64,000 nt of DNA from Flectonema sp. DT1601 (lineage: Eukaryota): assembly GCA_964019425.1 (NCBI GenBank), contig OZ025790.1, positions 1,116,001 through 1,180,000 on the forward strand. The letters run 5' to 3'. The notes beneath the pieces were generated by a model. The model ran no database searches. It was not told the origin of the DNA and saw only the letters and a program-made list of their open reading frames with translations. Both the position numbers and the translations under genes were made by a program. Below, one piece after another: positions 12,411-25,392 of the stretch; position 1 is the first letter of the stretch; every line of letters starts with the position of its first letter.

Positions 12411-12641
12411 TTTTTTTTAAATAATAAATAAAAAAAAAAAAAAAAAAAGAGCATCTCCCTGCTATCCTCATATCCCCACAATAATATTATACCTTTTCAT
12501 TTTCTCTTTCCTTTTCTGGTCTTTTTTTTTTTTTTCTTCTTTTTTTTCCTTTTTCATACAACGTTTTTTATTTATATTTTATTTTTTTTTTTATTTTTTT
12601 CATGTTTGATTATTTCCTCTTCATATTTTTTTTTTTTTTTT

Positions 12642-12672
<31 letters not shown>

Positions 12673-12862
12673 CTCTGCCTCTCTCTTAATTCTGTTCGTT
12701 TCTTTGAAACGAAAATTCATTTGAATATTATTCCTTGGTCAGCAACAGTCATTGTCGCCCTCTGGGCCTGTTAAAAAAAAAAAAATAAAAAGAAAGTTTA
12801 CATCGGGAATAGGGCAGGAGCCAAAAGCTCCCAGTCCGTTACTTCCCACTCTATCGAACTCA

Positions 12863-13444
12863 TTTTCGTTTCTGTGGAAGAGATCATTGTGGACTGGTGG
12901 GATGTTCCGAAGGGACGAAGGGAAGATCCCTTCAGGCCGTCCAGATGGGTAGTGATAAGAGGATACCTGACATCGGAGATAGCACAGGGCTTGCAAATGA
13001 TGGGAAACTTTATAGCTCTAACAAGGGTATCAACAAGAAGTCTGGATGCTTTGTGGAGAAAGGACCTGTTAATGAAGAAGTTTTCAGCCCATTCAATAAA
13101 AAGGGGATCGATTTCTCATATTATGGGTCTGATGTCAACTGGAAGCAAAATCGACGAGGTCGTCATGGGAAGACTGCTGAAGCATTCTTCGAGGAGCGAT
13201 CCCTTTTCAGGGGTAACGATTCGGTATGGAGGAGACCCGGTGAGCATGGCCCGAGCATTGAGAACGGGAGAGATAACGGTGTTGTTGTGAGAAGACATAA
13301 TATTTGTAGACGACCGAAACGATCGGTATTACCAAGATCTTTAGAAGAAAAGAATTCCCCCCTGCATGTAACGAAAATTGAACCCATGTCCATTTTATTT
13401 GTAAAGGAAAGAATGTCGCAAAAACGGCTGAAAAGATTTAATTT
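12863..13444 (+). mobile_element. Fragment of VIPER/TATE-like tyrosine-recombinase retrotransposon (C-terminal YR 12874-13290 plus probable start of the next ORF)
   Basis: FSAHSIKRG (HxxR), RLLKH and TIRY match the YR H-x-x-R...H...Y residues; the N-terminal catalytic Arg region is missing. A downstream PLHV motif resembles my recollection of the RT ORF start in these elements. Confidence 0.75.
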
Positions 13445-14018
13445 TGGTCCTAGTCAAGACCTTAAACTGACTAATCGGTCTTAACTTCAACTAAGTGAAT
13501 GAACCCTTGCCGTTTTCCTTTTCCCTTTATTACTCTCTATCTGGTCTGTTATGTCATAAATCTCATTTAATTTTATCATTCATTTTAATTTTCACTGTTT
13601 CCCATCTACATTTTATTTTCAAATAGTTCCGGTCTGTCTTTAATTTTAAATAAAACTGATCATGTTAACTCAGTATTTTTTCTTATGTGCAAGAGATACC
13701 AACACGCAAGAGATACCAACGCACATACGAGATACCAGCACTTCCGAGATACCGACACGAAAGAGATACCAAGACACTTAAGATACCAGCAAGGACAGTG
13801 AGAGGTAGAATGAACCCTCCTCCTTGTGTCCGATCCTGATTATTTTTTGTTGAATTGGTAGTGTTACCTCAGTTTGCTACTCTCGTATCTGTGTTGTGTT
13901 AACTCATGTAAGTGATCTTAACTCCTGTTAAATAAAAAAAAAAAAAAAAAAAAAAGAAATTAAAAAAGAAGAATTTTCAAATGAAGTTATATCAACCCCT
14001 GCCACCCATTATGATCAA

Positions 14019-17000
14019 TTCCGCTTGTTTTTTTTTTTTTCTTTCTTTTCTTCGAATATAAAAAAAAAAATTAAAAAATATAAAAGATGAAACAATGTTA
14101 TCATTGTTTTTTTTATCGATCGACTATGTCGATTACTTCCAGTTTTCCGTCCTGGTCAAGACGCTAAACTGATTGTTTTTTTTTTTTAAAAAAATTAATA
14201 AAAAGAATATAAAAAAAAAAAAAAGAATAAACAATGTTATCATTGTTTTTTTTTTTATCGATCGACTATGTCGATCACTTTCTATTTTCCGTCCTGGTCA
14301 AGACGCTAAACTGATTGTTTTTTTTTTTCAAAATAAAAAAATATTAAAAAAAAATAAAATAAAAAAAAAGAATAAACAATGTTATCATTGTTTTTTTTTT
14401 TATCGTTCGACTTTGTTGACTAATTTCTATTATCCGTTTTTTTTTCTTTAAAAAATAAATAAAAAGAATTTAAAATAAAATAAAAAAAGAATAAACAATG
14501 TTATCATTGTTTTTTTATCGATCGACTATGTCATTTTACTTTTTATTATTTCCCATCTACTTTTTATTTTCTATTAGTTCTGGTCAGAAACTCCTGGGCA
14601 GCAAGAAGGAAAGTAGTTAAGTACTTCTGGGTGTTTGGCATCACCCCCCATAGTGAGCAAGTACAACAGGTAGCATTGGTAGTCTGTTGATCCTGAGTGA
14701 TCCCAGCTACAGTTTTGTTTTTTTTTCTTTTTTTTAGAAGAAGATCAGGACATCCAAGCACTGCTGGATAGTTGCTGAATGCAGGGCCTGCCTGTGGCAT
14801 TATAATAACAGGCTAAGTCATTTGTAGTTCATAGTTTACCTTTGATTTTATAACTTCACACAGGGTACTATGAACGATGAGAGATCCAGTGGGATCACTC
14901 AGGGTCTAGTAGAGACCACCAATGTTGTGCGTTGATAGGCAAGGTGACCAACCTTGACATTCTTTCTTTTCTCTCCTGTTGTGACAAACACAAAATACAC
15001 ACACAGCTTACAGTGTGTTCTTTGTGTATGTTTTCTTCAGGTGTGAGTAGTTTTTTTGTTCTTGCTCTTCAGGGAGGGCCTTAGCCAAAAGCTAACAGTC
15101 CAAATCTCACCTGGTAACTTAACTCATTCTTTGTCAGTTTTGGCATCAAACCTGTAATGGTTTTCATCATTGAATTTAACTACCATTTCAACAGGTTATT
15201 TACTTAATTATTTGTTCTAAAAGTTGCTAAGTATCTCTCACTTAGAAATTTTTTATTTTTTTATTTTCAGCTCAATTAGCTACAAAGTGTTACTACTAAG
15301 TGTTTCTCACTTAGATTTTTTTTTTGCTTTTCAGCTCCTTAAAAGCTGCTAAGTGTTTCTGCTAAGTGTTTCTCACTTAGAATTTTATTTTTATGTTCGT
15401 TTTCTATCCCTTCTCCTATCCCTTTTGTTCAAAAAAAGCGGGAGGAAATTCTCTCATTCACGCTAAGATGCACTCTGAACTTTGATTTTTTGATCTGAGT
15501 GTGAGGGAATGACCTGTTAGTGCATTGGGCATAAGCTGGGCTGCAGTCTAGATGTCTTAGGTGTTAATAAGGGGTTCCTCTTAGCATTTTTCTTTGTTCC
15601 CACCTTATGATTTTCTTGAAGACAAAAAATAGAAGTCATAATGGTGCTTCCCTCTGGAAGGGTTGTAAGCCATGGTGTCCAACTAGATTAAAGGACAAGT
15701 CTGGGATAATCCCTGCCAGAGGGGCGAGTATTCTACCATGGTTGAAATACTCTGGCAACTGATCTTCAATTTTATGTTGTTTGTTAGCTGCTGGTGTATC
15801 TTGATCATGTGTTGATCTTGCATTTTTTTTATTTGTAATCTTTCACTACAATCATTCTTGCCTATATCTTTTATTTTTATTCTCTATCTGTTCTGGTCTG
15901 TTACCTCATTTGTCTTGTTTAACTTCAGTTATATCCATTTTACTTTTTATTATTTCCCATCTACTTTTTATTTTCTATTAGTTCTGGTCAGAAACCCCTG
16001 GGCAGCAAGAAGGAAAGTAGTTAAGTACTTCTGGGTGTTTGGCATCACCCCCCATAGTGAGCAAGTACAACAGGTAGCATTGGTAGTCTGTTGATCCTGA
16101 GTGATCCCAGCTACAGTTTTGTTTTTCTTTCTTTTTTTTAGAAGAAGATCAGGACATCCAAGCACTGCTGGATAGTTGCTGAATGCAGGGCCTGCCTGTG
16201 GCATTATAATAACAGGCTAAGTCATTTGTAGTTCATAGTTTACCTTTGATTTTATAACTTCACACAGGGTACTATGAACGATGAGAGATCCAGTGGGATC
16301 ACTCAGGGTCTAGTAGAGACCACCAATGTTGTGCGTTGATAGGCAAGGTGACCAACCTTGACATTCTTTCTTTTCTCTCCTGTTGTGACAAACACAAAAT
16401 ACACACACAGCTTACAGTGTGTTCTTTGTGTATGTTTTCTTCAGGTGTGAGTAGTTTTTTTGTTCTTGCTCTTCAGGGAGGGCCTTAGCCAAAAGCTAAC
16501 AGTCCAAATCTCACCTGGTAACTTAACTCCCGATCACTTTCTATTTTCCGTCCTGGTCAAGACGCTAAACTGATTGTTTTTTTTTTCAAAATTAATAAAA
16601 AAGAATATAAAAAAATACAAAAAAAGAATAAACAATGTTATCATTGTTTTTTTTTTATCGTTCGACTTTGTCGACTAATTTCTATTTTCCGTTTTTTTTT
16701 CTTTAAAAAATAAATAAAAAGAATTTAAAATAAAAAAAAAAGAATAAACAATGTTATCATTGTTTTTTTATCGATCGACTATGTCGATCACTTTCTATTT
16801 TCCGTCCTGGTCAAGACGCTAAACTGATTGTTTTTTTTTTCAAAATTAATAAAAAAGAATATAAAAAATACAAAAAAAGAATAAACAATGTTATCATTTT
16901 TTTTTTTTATCGTTCGACTTTGTCGACTAATTTCTATTTTCCGTTTTTTTTTCTTTAAAAAATAAATAAAAAGAATTTAAAATAAAAAAAAAAGAATAAA

Positions 17001-18665
17001 CAATGTTATCATTGTTTTTTTATCGATCGACTATGTCGATTACTTTCTATTTTCCGTCCTGGTCAGGACGCTAAACTGATTGTTTTTTCTTTAAAAATAA
17101 ATAAAAAGAATTAAAAAAAAAAAAAAAAGAATAAACAATGTTATCATTGTTTTTTTATCGATCGACTATGTCGATCACTTTCTATTTTCCGTCCTGGTCA
17201 AGACGCTAAACTGATTGTTTTTTTTTCAAAATTAATAAAAAAGAATATAAAAAAATACAAAAAAAGAATAAACAATGTTATCATTGTTTTTTTTTTATCG
17301 TTCGACTTTGTCGACTAATTTCTATTTTCCGTTTTTTTTTCTTTAAAAAATAAATAAAAAGAATTTAAAATAAAAAAAAAAGAATAAACAATATTATCAT
17401 TGTTTTTTTATCGATCGACTATGTCGATCACTTTCTATTTTCCGTCCTGGTCAAGACGCTAAACTGATTGTTTTTTTTTCAAAATTAATAAAAAAGAATA
17501 TAAAAAAATACAAAAAAAGAATAAACAATGTTATCATTGTTTTTTTTTATCGTTCGACTTTGTCGACTAATTTCTATTTTCCGTTTTTTTTTTCTTTAAA
17601 AAATAAATAAAAAGAATTTAAAATAAAAAAAAAGAATAAACAATGTTATCATTGTTTTTTTTATCGATCGACTATGTCGATCACTTTCTATTTTCCGTCC
17701 TGGTCAAGACGCTAAACTGATTGTTTTTTTTTTCAAAATTAATAAAAAAGAATATAAAAAAAGTACAAAAAAAAAGATTAAACAATGTTATCATTGTTTT
17801 TTTTTATCGTTCGACTTTGTCGACTAATTTCTATTTTCCGTTTTTTTTTTTTTCTTTGAAAAATAAATAAAAAGAATTTAAAATAAAAAAAAAAGAATAA
17901 ACAATGTTATCATTGTTTTTTTTTATCGATCGACTATGTCGATTACTTTCTATTTTCCGTCCTGGTCAAGACGCTAAACTGATTGTTTTTTTTTTTTCAA
18001 AATAAAAAAAATATTAAAAAAAAAAAATAAAAAAAAAAGAATAAACAATGTTATCATTGTTTTTTTATCGATCGACTATGTCGATCACTTTCTATTTTCC
18101 GTCCTGGTCAAGATGCTAAACTGATTGTTTTTTTTTTTTCAAAATTAATAAAAAAGAATATAAAAAAATACAAAAAAAAGAATAAACAATGTTATCATTG
18201 TTTTTTTTTATCGTTCGATTTTGTCGACTAATTTCTATTTTCCGTTTTTTTTTCTTTAAAAAATAAATAAAAAGAATTTAAAATAAAAAAAAAAGAATAA
18301 ACAATGTTATCATTGTTTTTTTATCGATCGACTATGTCGATTACTTTCTATTTTCCGTCCTGGTCAAGACGCTAAACTGATTGTTTTTTTTTCAAAATTA
18401 ATAAAAAAGAATATAAAAAAAAAAAAAAAAAAAGAATAAACAATGTTATCATTGTTTTTTTTATCGATCGACTATGTCGATTACTTTCTATTTTCCGTCC
18501 TGGTCAGGACGCTAAACTGATTGTTTTTTCTTTAAAAATAAATAAAAAGAATAAAAAAAAAAAAAAAAGGAATAAACAATGTTATCATTGTTTTTTTTTT
18601 ATCGATCGACTATGTCGATTACTTACTATTTTCCGTCCTGATCGAGACGCTAAACTGATTGTTTC
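14019..18665 (-). repeat. Satellite array 3 (inverted), interrupted at 14533-16529
   Basis: Same cores; begins with a divergent terminal monomer (ataaaagatgaaacaatg). Confidence 0.95.
14533..16529. mobile_element. ~2-kb non-coding insert with ~595-bp direct terminal repeats (period 1404 bp), no TSD
   Basis: 14533-15125 is near-identical to 15937-16529. The flanks rejoin as satellite ...gactatgtc|gatcac... Confidence 0.75.
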
Positions 18666-21600
18666 CTTTTTTTAAATAATAAATAAGAAAAAAAAAAAAA
18701 AAAAAAAGAGCATCTCCCTGCTATCCCTCATATCCCCACAATAATATTATACCTTTTCATTTTCTCTTTCCTTTTCTGGTCTTTTTTTTTTTCTTTTTTT
18801 TCCTTTTTCATACAACGTTTTTTATTTATATATTTTTTTTTTTTTTTTTTTTTCATGTTTGATTATTTCCTCTTCATTTTTTTTTTTTTTTTTTCTCTGC
18901 CTCTCTCTTAATTCTGTTCGTTTCTTTGAAACGAAAATTCATTTGAATATTATTCCTTGGTCAGCAACCATCATTGTCGCCCTTTGGGCCTGTTAAAAAA
19001 AAATAAAAAATAAAAAGAAAGTTTACATCGGGAATAGGGCAGGAGCCAAAAGCTCCCAGTCCGTTACTTCCCACTTTATCGAAATTCAGCTTTTTGTGGA
19101 GCTATCCACTCTGCGGTCTTTTTAGGCCCCTCTATCTCCTTTGCTTTATAAGACCCAATGTTTCTTCTCATCCAATTGCTTTTCTCAAGTTGCCTCTTCG
19201 GCATTCATTTGCCAACCACATTATTTATCAAAATATATATTATAAACAAGTAGTTACTCCGATTTTTCTGTTTTAGAGCGTAGCTCGTTTTCCTTTAAAC
19301 AGTATTTACCAAAAAAAAAACTCTAGGGTTAGCTGCCCGAAATTAAAAAAAAAGGAATAGTTTAAAAAAAAAGATCTTAACTCATCGATATTGTTTCTGA
19401 GCCATTCTCTTTTCTATTTTTTTTTTTTTTTTATTATTGCTACTTCACAACAAAAAAAAAAAGAAACACCGGGCCGGCGGTGTCATAAAGATACTGGCAA
19501 CCATCTCTCAGCCAACCCAGCCCCCGAGGCTTTGCAAGAGGCTATTTCGAGATCGGCTCTGGATGGGGATAAAACTTTAGTAGCCAAATGTCCTTTATGT
19601 TTTGAGACATACCTCAAAGGTCCAGTTGCGCATTTTGGACGTAACTGTAAGTTTAGTAAGGAATTTAAGGACTATAAGTCACGTTTTCCCCCATCTACCC
19701 ACTCCCAAGTTAAAGATTGTTACCACTTACCTTGTCCAGATTGTGGTAAGCTTTTCAAAAGTATCGCTACGAGAGCGAAACACTGTGCTAACGGTACATG
19801 TAAAGGTACACCTCTGTCTCCCCTCACAGGGAATAATTCAGACCTGGAACCTCCCTTTGTAGGAGAATCTGTAGATTTTAAAACTTCACAAACAGCTTTC
19901 GTTCCTTATAACTCTACAACACCCACTTTTACCCCGTTACACCCGTCTCGTCTCAAATTCCGATCTTTTGGAACTGAATGGAAGGACATCGACGTTTCTG
20001 CTGCAGAAAAACTTCAAACTTTCTCCGTCGAAACAGAAAACTCTTCAAAACCTGCCGACCAACTTGATAAACTACTCAAAACGGTTTATCAAATATGTAG
20101 CGGTTTCTTTGAAGAAACAAAGCGGAATTTACCCCGCAAACAGAAATCAAGGGAAGAGGTCATCCTCAACCAAGAAAAACTTGAATGTCGTCTGGAAATG
20201 AAACAGCTAAGACAGGAGCTCCGCAAATCTGGGCCTTCTATAGAGAACGCTGTCAAATGGAAAGAGGCAAGAACGAGAATGAAAAGGATTTTCCGAATGT
20301 ATCGGAATTTAGAAAAGAAAAATTTATTCAAAAAATTACAAGATAAATTTCGTCAAAATCCGTTTACTGCCATAAAAGAAGAACTCCAAAAAGAAGATCC
20401 TCAACCCCCCTCCCTTGATATTCCAGAGGAAAAAATAATTGAACATTTTAAAAACAATTATTGTGACAATGAAAAAAAAAAAACTGATTTCACCCATCCC
20501 TCTTTTTTACCTAAGTCTGACTACAAGACAATGGATGATATCCAGTTCCCGAGCTTCGAACAGTTTGGTATTCTCTTATCAAAGAAAAAAAACAAATGTG
20601 CCCCTGGTCCCAATTGCATACCTTATGTTGTATGGAAAAAGGTCCCAACTTTTATGGAAGCACTTTACAAGGTATTAAAGAGAATTTTCGAACTCAAGGC
20701 CTATCCAGATAGTTGGGGCTTAGCATTTGTAACAATGCTCCCAAAGCCCAACTCCGATGGGAAAGACATCTCGAAAACGAGACCGATAGCTGTGGGCAAC
20801 TGCGACGGGAAAATTTTTAATACGGTTATTCAGGAAGCCGTCGCAAACCACACTCTTTCTAAATTTAATTTTCAAAAAGGCTTTAGGAAAGGTGTCTCTG
20901 GGTGTATCGAACATGCCACGATCACCTCAGAGATTTTTAAAGAAGTGAAAGCTCTCCGGAAAAACCTAACAATTGTCTGGGTGGATTTGGCAGATGCTTT
21001 CGGCTCAGTCAAACATCAATTAATTTTCTTTGCTTTAAAATATTTCGGAATTCACGAAAGAATAATCGGTTTCTATAAAAGGTATTATTCCTCCATGCGC
21101 GTCCAAATCAGAGTTGGAGAAGGCCTGACGCCCACTATCCCTTTTGAAGTTGGTGTCTTTCAAGGCTGCGTTTCCTCCCCAACCCTTTTTAATTTGGTAT
21201 TCCAACTACTGCTCTTTTCCTTAGCAGTTCATCAACAGGAAGCCTACGAGTTTAACAATAAATCCCTCCAACTATTAGTTGCAGCTTTTGCTGATGATTT
21301 ACAACTTACCACGTCATCAAAGGCGGGGGCAAAATTGCTAATCAAGTCGCTCGAACAGTTTCTTTCCTGGTCTCGTGGTATGAAAGCGAAACCCCAGAAA
21401 TGCATTGCCCACAGCTTTGTACAAGGGAAACCAGCTAACCCGGACCTGAAGATTAACAATGTTCCGATTACGAATCTCCAGGAAGCTGGAGAGTTCAAAT
21501 ACCTCGGGCGTTGGTTTGAGCCGAACGCCAAAGAACAGAAATTGCGAGAGCGCCTGACCACTTTTACCAGGAATTTTTTAAAAAAAGTCGACGCCATGCC

Positions 21601-22799
21601 ACTATATGGGTCTCAGAAAGCTTGGTCTGTCCAACACTTGTTATTGTCAAGGTTAACATGGAGTTTAATGATCCATGACTTATCTCTCCCTTTTGCCAAA
21701 AAAATGGACAAAATTATTAAACCTTTTTTGAAGAAATGGTGGGGATTTGTCCGCTCTGCGAACACAGTCATCCTTTTTACCGGTTCAAAGAACACTGTTG
21801 GTCTCAGACACAAAAGAGTTGAGACGCTATATAAACAAGCGCAATCAATTAAACTAGACATCCTCAGATCCTCACAGGACTCTGACATGCACGGTGTCTA
21901 CAATGTTATTATGGAGAAATCGTCCAATTGGTCGAAAAAGTTTTCAGCTTCTGCTGAGTGGGAGCGCCTTATTAAGTTTTTTTCTTACCGTTCTCTTGCG
22001 AAGCAATCAGCTGGTCTTGGTCACCGATTGCGCGATCTACGTACTACTCGCCCCGATCTCCTTAAGCGTTTTGAAGTGGAAGCCACAGATGAACTACTGA
22101 ACTCTTTGAATAAATTACAAGTCCAAGGTCAGTGGAAGGAGTGGTCTAAATGTATGATAAACGATTTCACCTGGAATAAGGTACTTAGGGAGGGAAATCC
22201 TGCCTATATCTCATTTCAACTGAAAGCGGTTACAAACACCCTCCCCTCACAAGATAATTTAAAGAGGTGGAACATCACCAATGTGGACCAAAATTGTGTT
22301 TTGTGTGGCAAAGTGAATCCTACCCTCAGGCATGTCTTAACAGGCTGTCCTGTCTCTTTAACACAAGGGAGGTTCACGTGGCGTCACGACAGCGTTCTAA
22401 AACGCATTGTTATCTTCTTGGAAGAGTTGATAATAAAAGCCAACAAAAGAAAAGAAAACCTCCCGCCTCCCTCTCAAACTTTTTTAAAAACAGGGGAAAA
22501 TAAACCCCTAGAAAGAATTTCTAAAGAGACAGGCGAACTTTCACTAGCGAATGATTGGGTCATCCTCGACGATGTCGGTGATAACCGCCTAATTGTTCCT
22601 CTTGAAGTGTGCCATGTCTCGTCCTCTCTAAGACCAGACATTTTTATTTATTCTTTTTTTGCGAAAAGAGCACTGATTCTGGAGCTGACATGTCCAAATG
22701 AAGATCGTTTCGAAACCTCTCATGTCTTAAAGGAAAAGAAATACCTAAAGCTAAGAGACTCGATCATCGCTAATGGCTTCGACTGTAACATTTTTACTA

Positions 22800-23101
22800 C
22801 TGCAACTGGAAATATTACTGCGCTGAATAATTACTGCGGGGAAATATTACTGCGCGGAAAAATTAGTGCGGTTTTTTTGAGAAAAGATTAGTGCGGTTTT
22901 TTCCACTTGGTGGTAGAAAAAAATTTGGTTGCTTTTTTGCTGTGTAAGGCACCAGCAGAAAAATGCAGCTGGAGAAAAAATCACTTCTGAGCAGAAATAT
23001 TAGTGCGGTGAAAATATTACTGCGTGGAAAAATTAGTGCGGTTTTTTGCAGATTTGGAAATTAGTGCGGTTTTTTCCGCGCAGTAATATTTCCAGTTGCA
23101 G
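22800..23101. mobile_element. MITE (Tc1/mariner-pogo type), TA TSD
   Basis: TIR ctgcaactggaaatattactgcgc, TA on both sides; empty site visible at 183-184 in copy 1. Confidence 0.95.
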
Positions 23102-23334
23102 TATTGAAGTTGGCGTACGAGGAAACATCTGCATGGACCAGCTGAACATCTGGACACGTCACATCGGTTCACCTTTAGCACCAACAAAAGCTTTATTTTG
23201 TGAATGCACCAGAATCGCCAGACAGTGCTCATATGTTCTGTTCCAGACGAGGAACCTCCCCACGTGGCATTCAAGACCACTTATGCGCAGCATTAAAGAA
23301 GAACCTGCCACTGCAAGTTTTATAAAAGATGGTA

Positions 23335-23635
23335 CTGCAACTGGAAATATTACTGCGCTGAATAATTACTGCAGGGAAATATTACTGCACGGAAAAATTA
23401 GTGCGGTTTTTTTGAGAAAAGATTAGTGCGGTTTTTTCCACTTGGTGGTAGAAAAGAAATTGGTTGCTTTTTTGCTGTGTAAGGCACCAGCAGAAAACTG
23501 CAGCTGGAGAAAAATCACTTCTGAGCAGAAATATTAGTGCGGTGGAAATATTACTGCGTGGAAAAATTAGTGCGGTTTTTTGCAGATTTGGAAATTAGTG
23601 CGGTTTTTTCCGCGCAGTAATATTTCCAGTTGCAG
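23335..23635. mobile_element. MITE, second copy, TA TSD
   Basis: Same TIRs; empty site at 414-415 in copy 1. Confidence 0.95.
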
Positions 23636-24995
23636 TAAAGAAATCTTCCCTGTGGAAGAAGTCAAAATCCACAAAGTAACAAAACTGAAAACGATCGAAA
23701 AGCTCACCATTGAAAGATCATGGCTTGAGAAATGTTTTATCTGGCAAACTTGTTACGCATCGGCTCTTTCTATTCTACTTATTGCCAATGGTTCTTCCTC
23801 CCCGGCCCCTTCTGTTTTGTTAGATGAGGATGAGCTCACTGGACTCTCCTTGTCATTCTCTTCTATTTCTTCCATCTCTTTTCAGACTCCCCCACCTGAA
23901 CTCATGTCAACGGGATCGCAAACACTTCTTACTGATTTTGCTATGGCGATAAGAACTCAATCTGACATGGGTTCTCAAACCCCCTTGTACAAAAAAAAAG
24001 AAGGAAAATTAAGGCTGAAACTTTCCTTGAAATGCCAGATTTTAGAAAACGAATTAGAGCAAATGAAAGAACGAATTTTTTATGTTCTATTTTTATTTTA
24101 CTTTAATGCGATGTCAGCCTCCCTCGAGAAAGACAAGCAGTTACTAAATGGATTACCTGTTGAGATCAAAGCTACCAACCAGGATCCATCCTCACTTCCT
24201 CCTGCGCCCCCTGTTTTAATTATTGAAAAAGATAGAAAAGAATATGAACTTCTGGAAGGAGTAATTCAACGGTTAACAGCAGAACGCGATGAATCGAAGA
24301 CTTCTCTTTCTGCACTAGTTCGACAATATGACTTAGTGGAAGATTACAGGAAACGTGAGCTCGCAAATCTGACTCAGAGAGCAGACCTATCGGAAATGGC
24401 GCTCTTTAATTACCATCAAAGGTTTGTTCTTCTGTCGAACGAATTGGAGACCAAATGTAATGAGGAAAGAGAAAGTAAAATAAGACTTTTCTATACTCAA
24501 CAGGAGGTTGAGAGTTTGCGTGCCGCGCGTCCCCGCATGACCCACTTTAGTCAACAAGTTTCCCCCCGAACCCCCGTTTTGTATGAATCTGTTGCTATGA
24601 TGAAGATAGCAAAGAACTACCTCTCGCTCTTTACAACTACGAGTAGTCTTTTTACTCCTCTTATTAAACCCCTTATCCCTACCCTTAATTATATCACCCC
24701 TCTTTGTCCTCTAGCCTCAATTCCTCCGACAATGCCGCAGAGTGAAGCTCTCGACCGCACGCCGACCAAGATTTTACGACAAGAGAGTCACGTTATCTCC
24801 GTTGAATTTCGATAAAGTGGGAAGTAACGGACTGGGAGCTTTTGGCTCCTGCCCTATTCCCGATGTAAACTTTCTTTTTATTTTTATTTTTTTTTAACAG
24901 GCCCAAAGGGCGACAATGATGGTTGCTGACCAAGGAATAATATTCAAATGAATTTTCGTTTCAAAGAAACGAACAGAATTAAGAGAGAGGCAGAG

Positions 24996-25026
<31 letters not shown>

Positions 25027-25359
25027 GAAAGAAAAAAATGAAGAGGAAATAATCAAACATGAAAAAAAAAAAAAAAAGAAAAAATATATATATATAAATA
25101 AAAAACGTTGTATGAAAAAGGAAAAAAAAGAAAAAAAAAAAGACCAGAAAAGGAAAGAGAAAATGAAAAGGTATAATATTATTGTGGGGATATGAGGGAT
25201 AGCAGGGAGATGCTCTTTTTTTTTTTTTTTTTTTTTTCTTATTTATTATTTAAAAAAAGGAAACAATCAGTTTAGCGTCTCGATCAGGACGGAAAATAGA
25301 AATTAATCGACATAGTCGATCGATAGAAAAAAAAAAACAGTGATAACATTGTTTATTCA

Positions 25360-25392
<33 letters not shown>

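Larger units (their letters stand above)
19391..24803 (+). mobile_element. RLE-clade non-LTR retrotransposon copy 2 (zinc fingers-RT-CCHC-RLE-extension), disrupted by two MITEs and 3'-truncated
   Basis: CPLC/CPDC zinc fingers; RT motifs APGPN, RPIA, QKGF, WVDLADAFGSV, GVFQG, FADD, FKYLG; CVLC..HVLTGC, RHD, RPD, ELT, KY. Confidence 0.95.

Noticed and set aside
14533..16529. Canonical LTR retrotransposon or TRIM
   Set aside because: No TG..CA termini, TSD, or recognisable primer-binding site.
19324..19332. Telomeric repeat (tagggttag)
   Set aside because: Only about 1.5 units; chance level.
2044..19390. Spliced-leader RNA gene as retrotransposon target (CRE/SLACS-like)
   Set aside because: I found no euglenozoan SL core (CAGTTTCTGTACT-like) in W, Y, X, Z or the satellite by eye; a covariance search is still warranted.
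23046..24815. Independent genes starting MQIWKLVRFF
   Set aside because: The starts lie inside MITEs; the remainder is the interrupted retrotransposon ORF.
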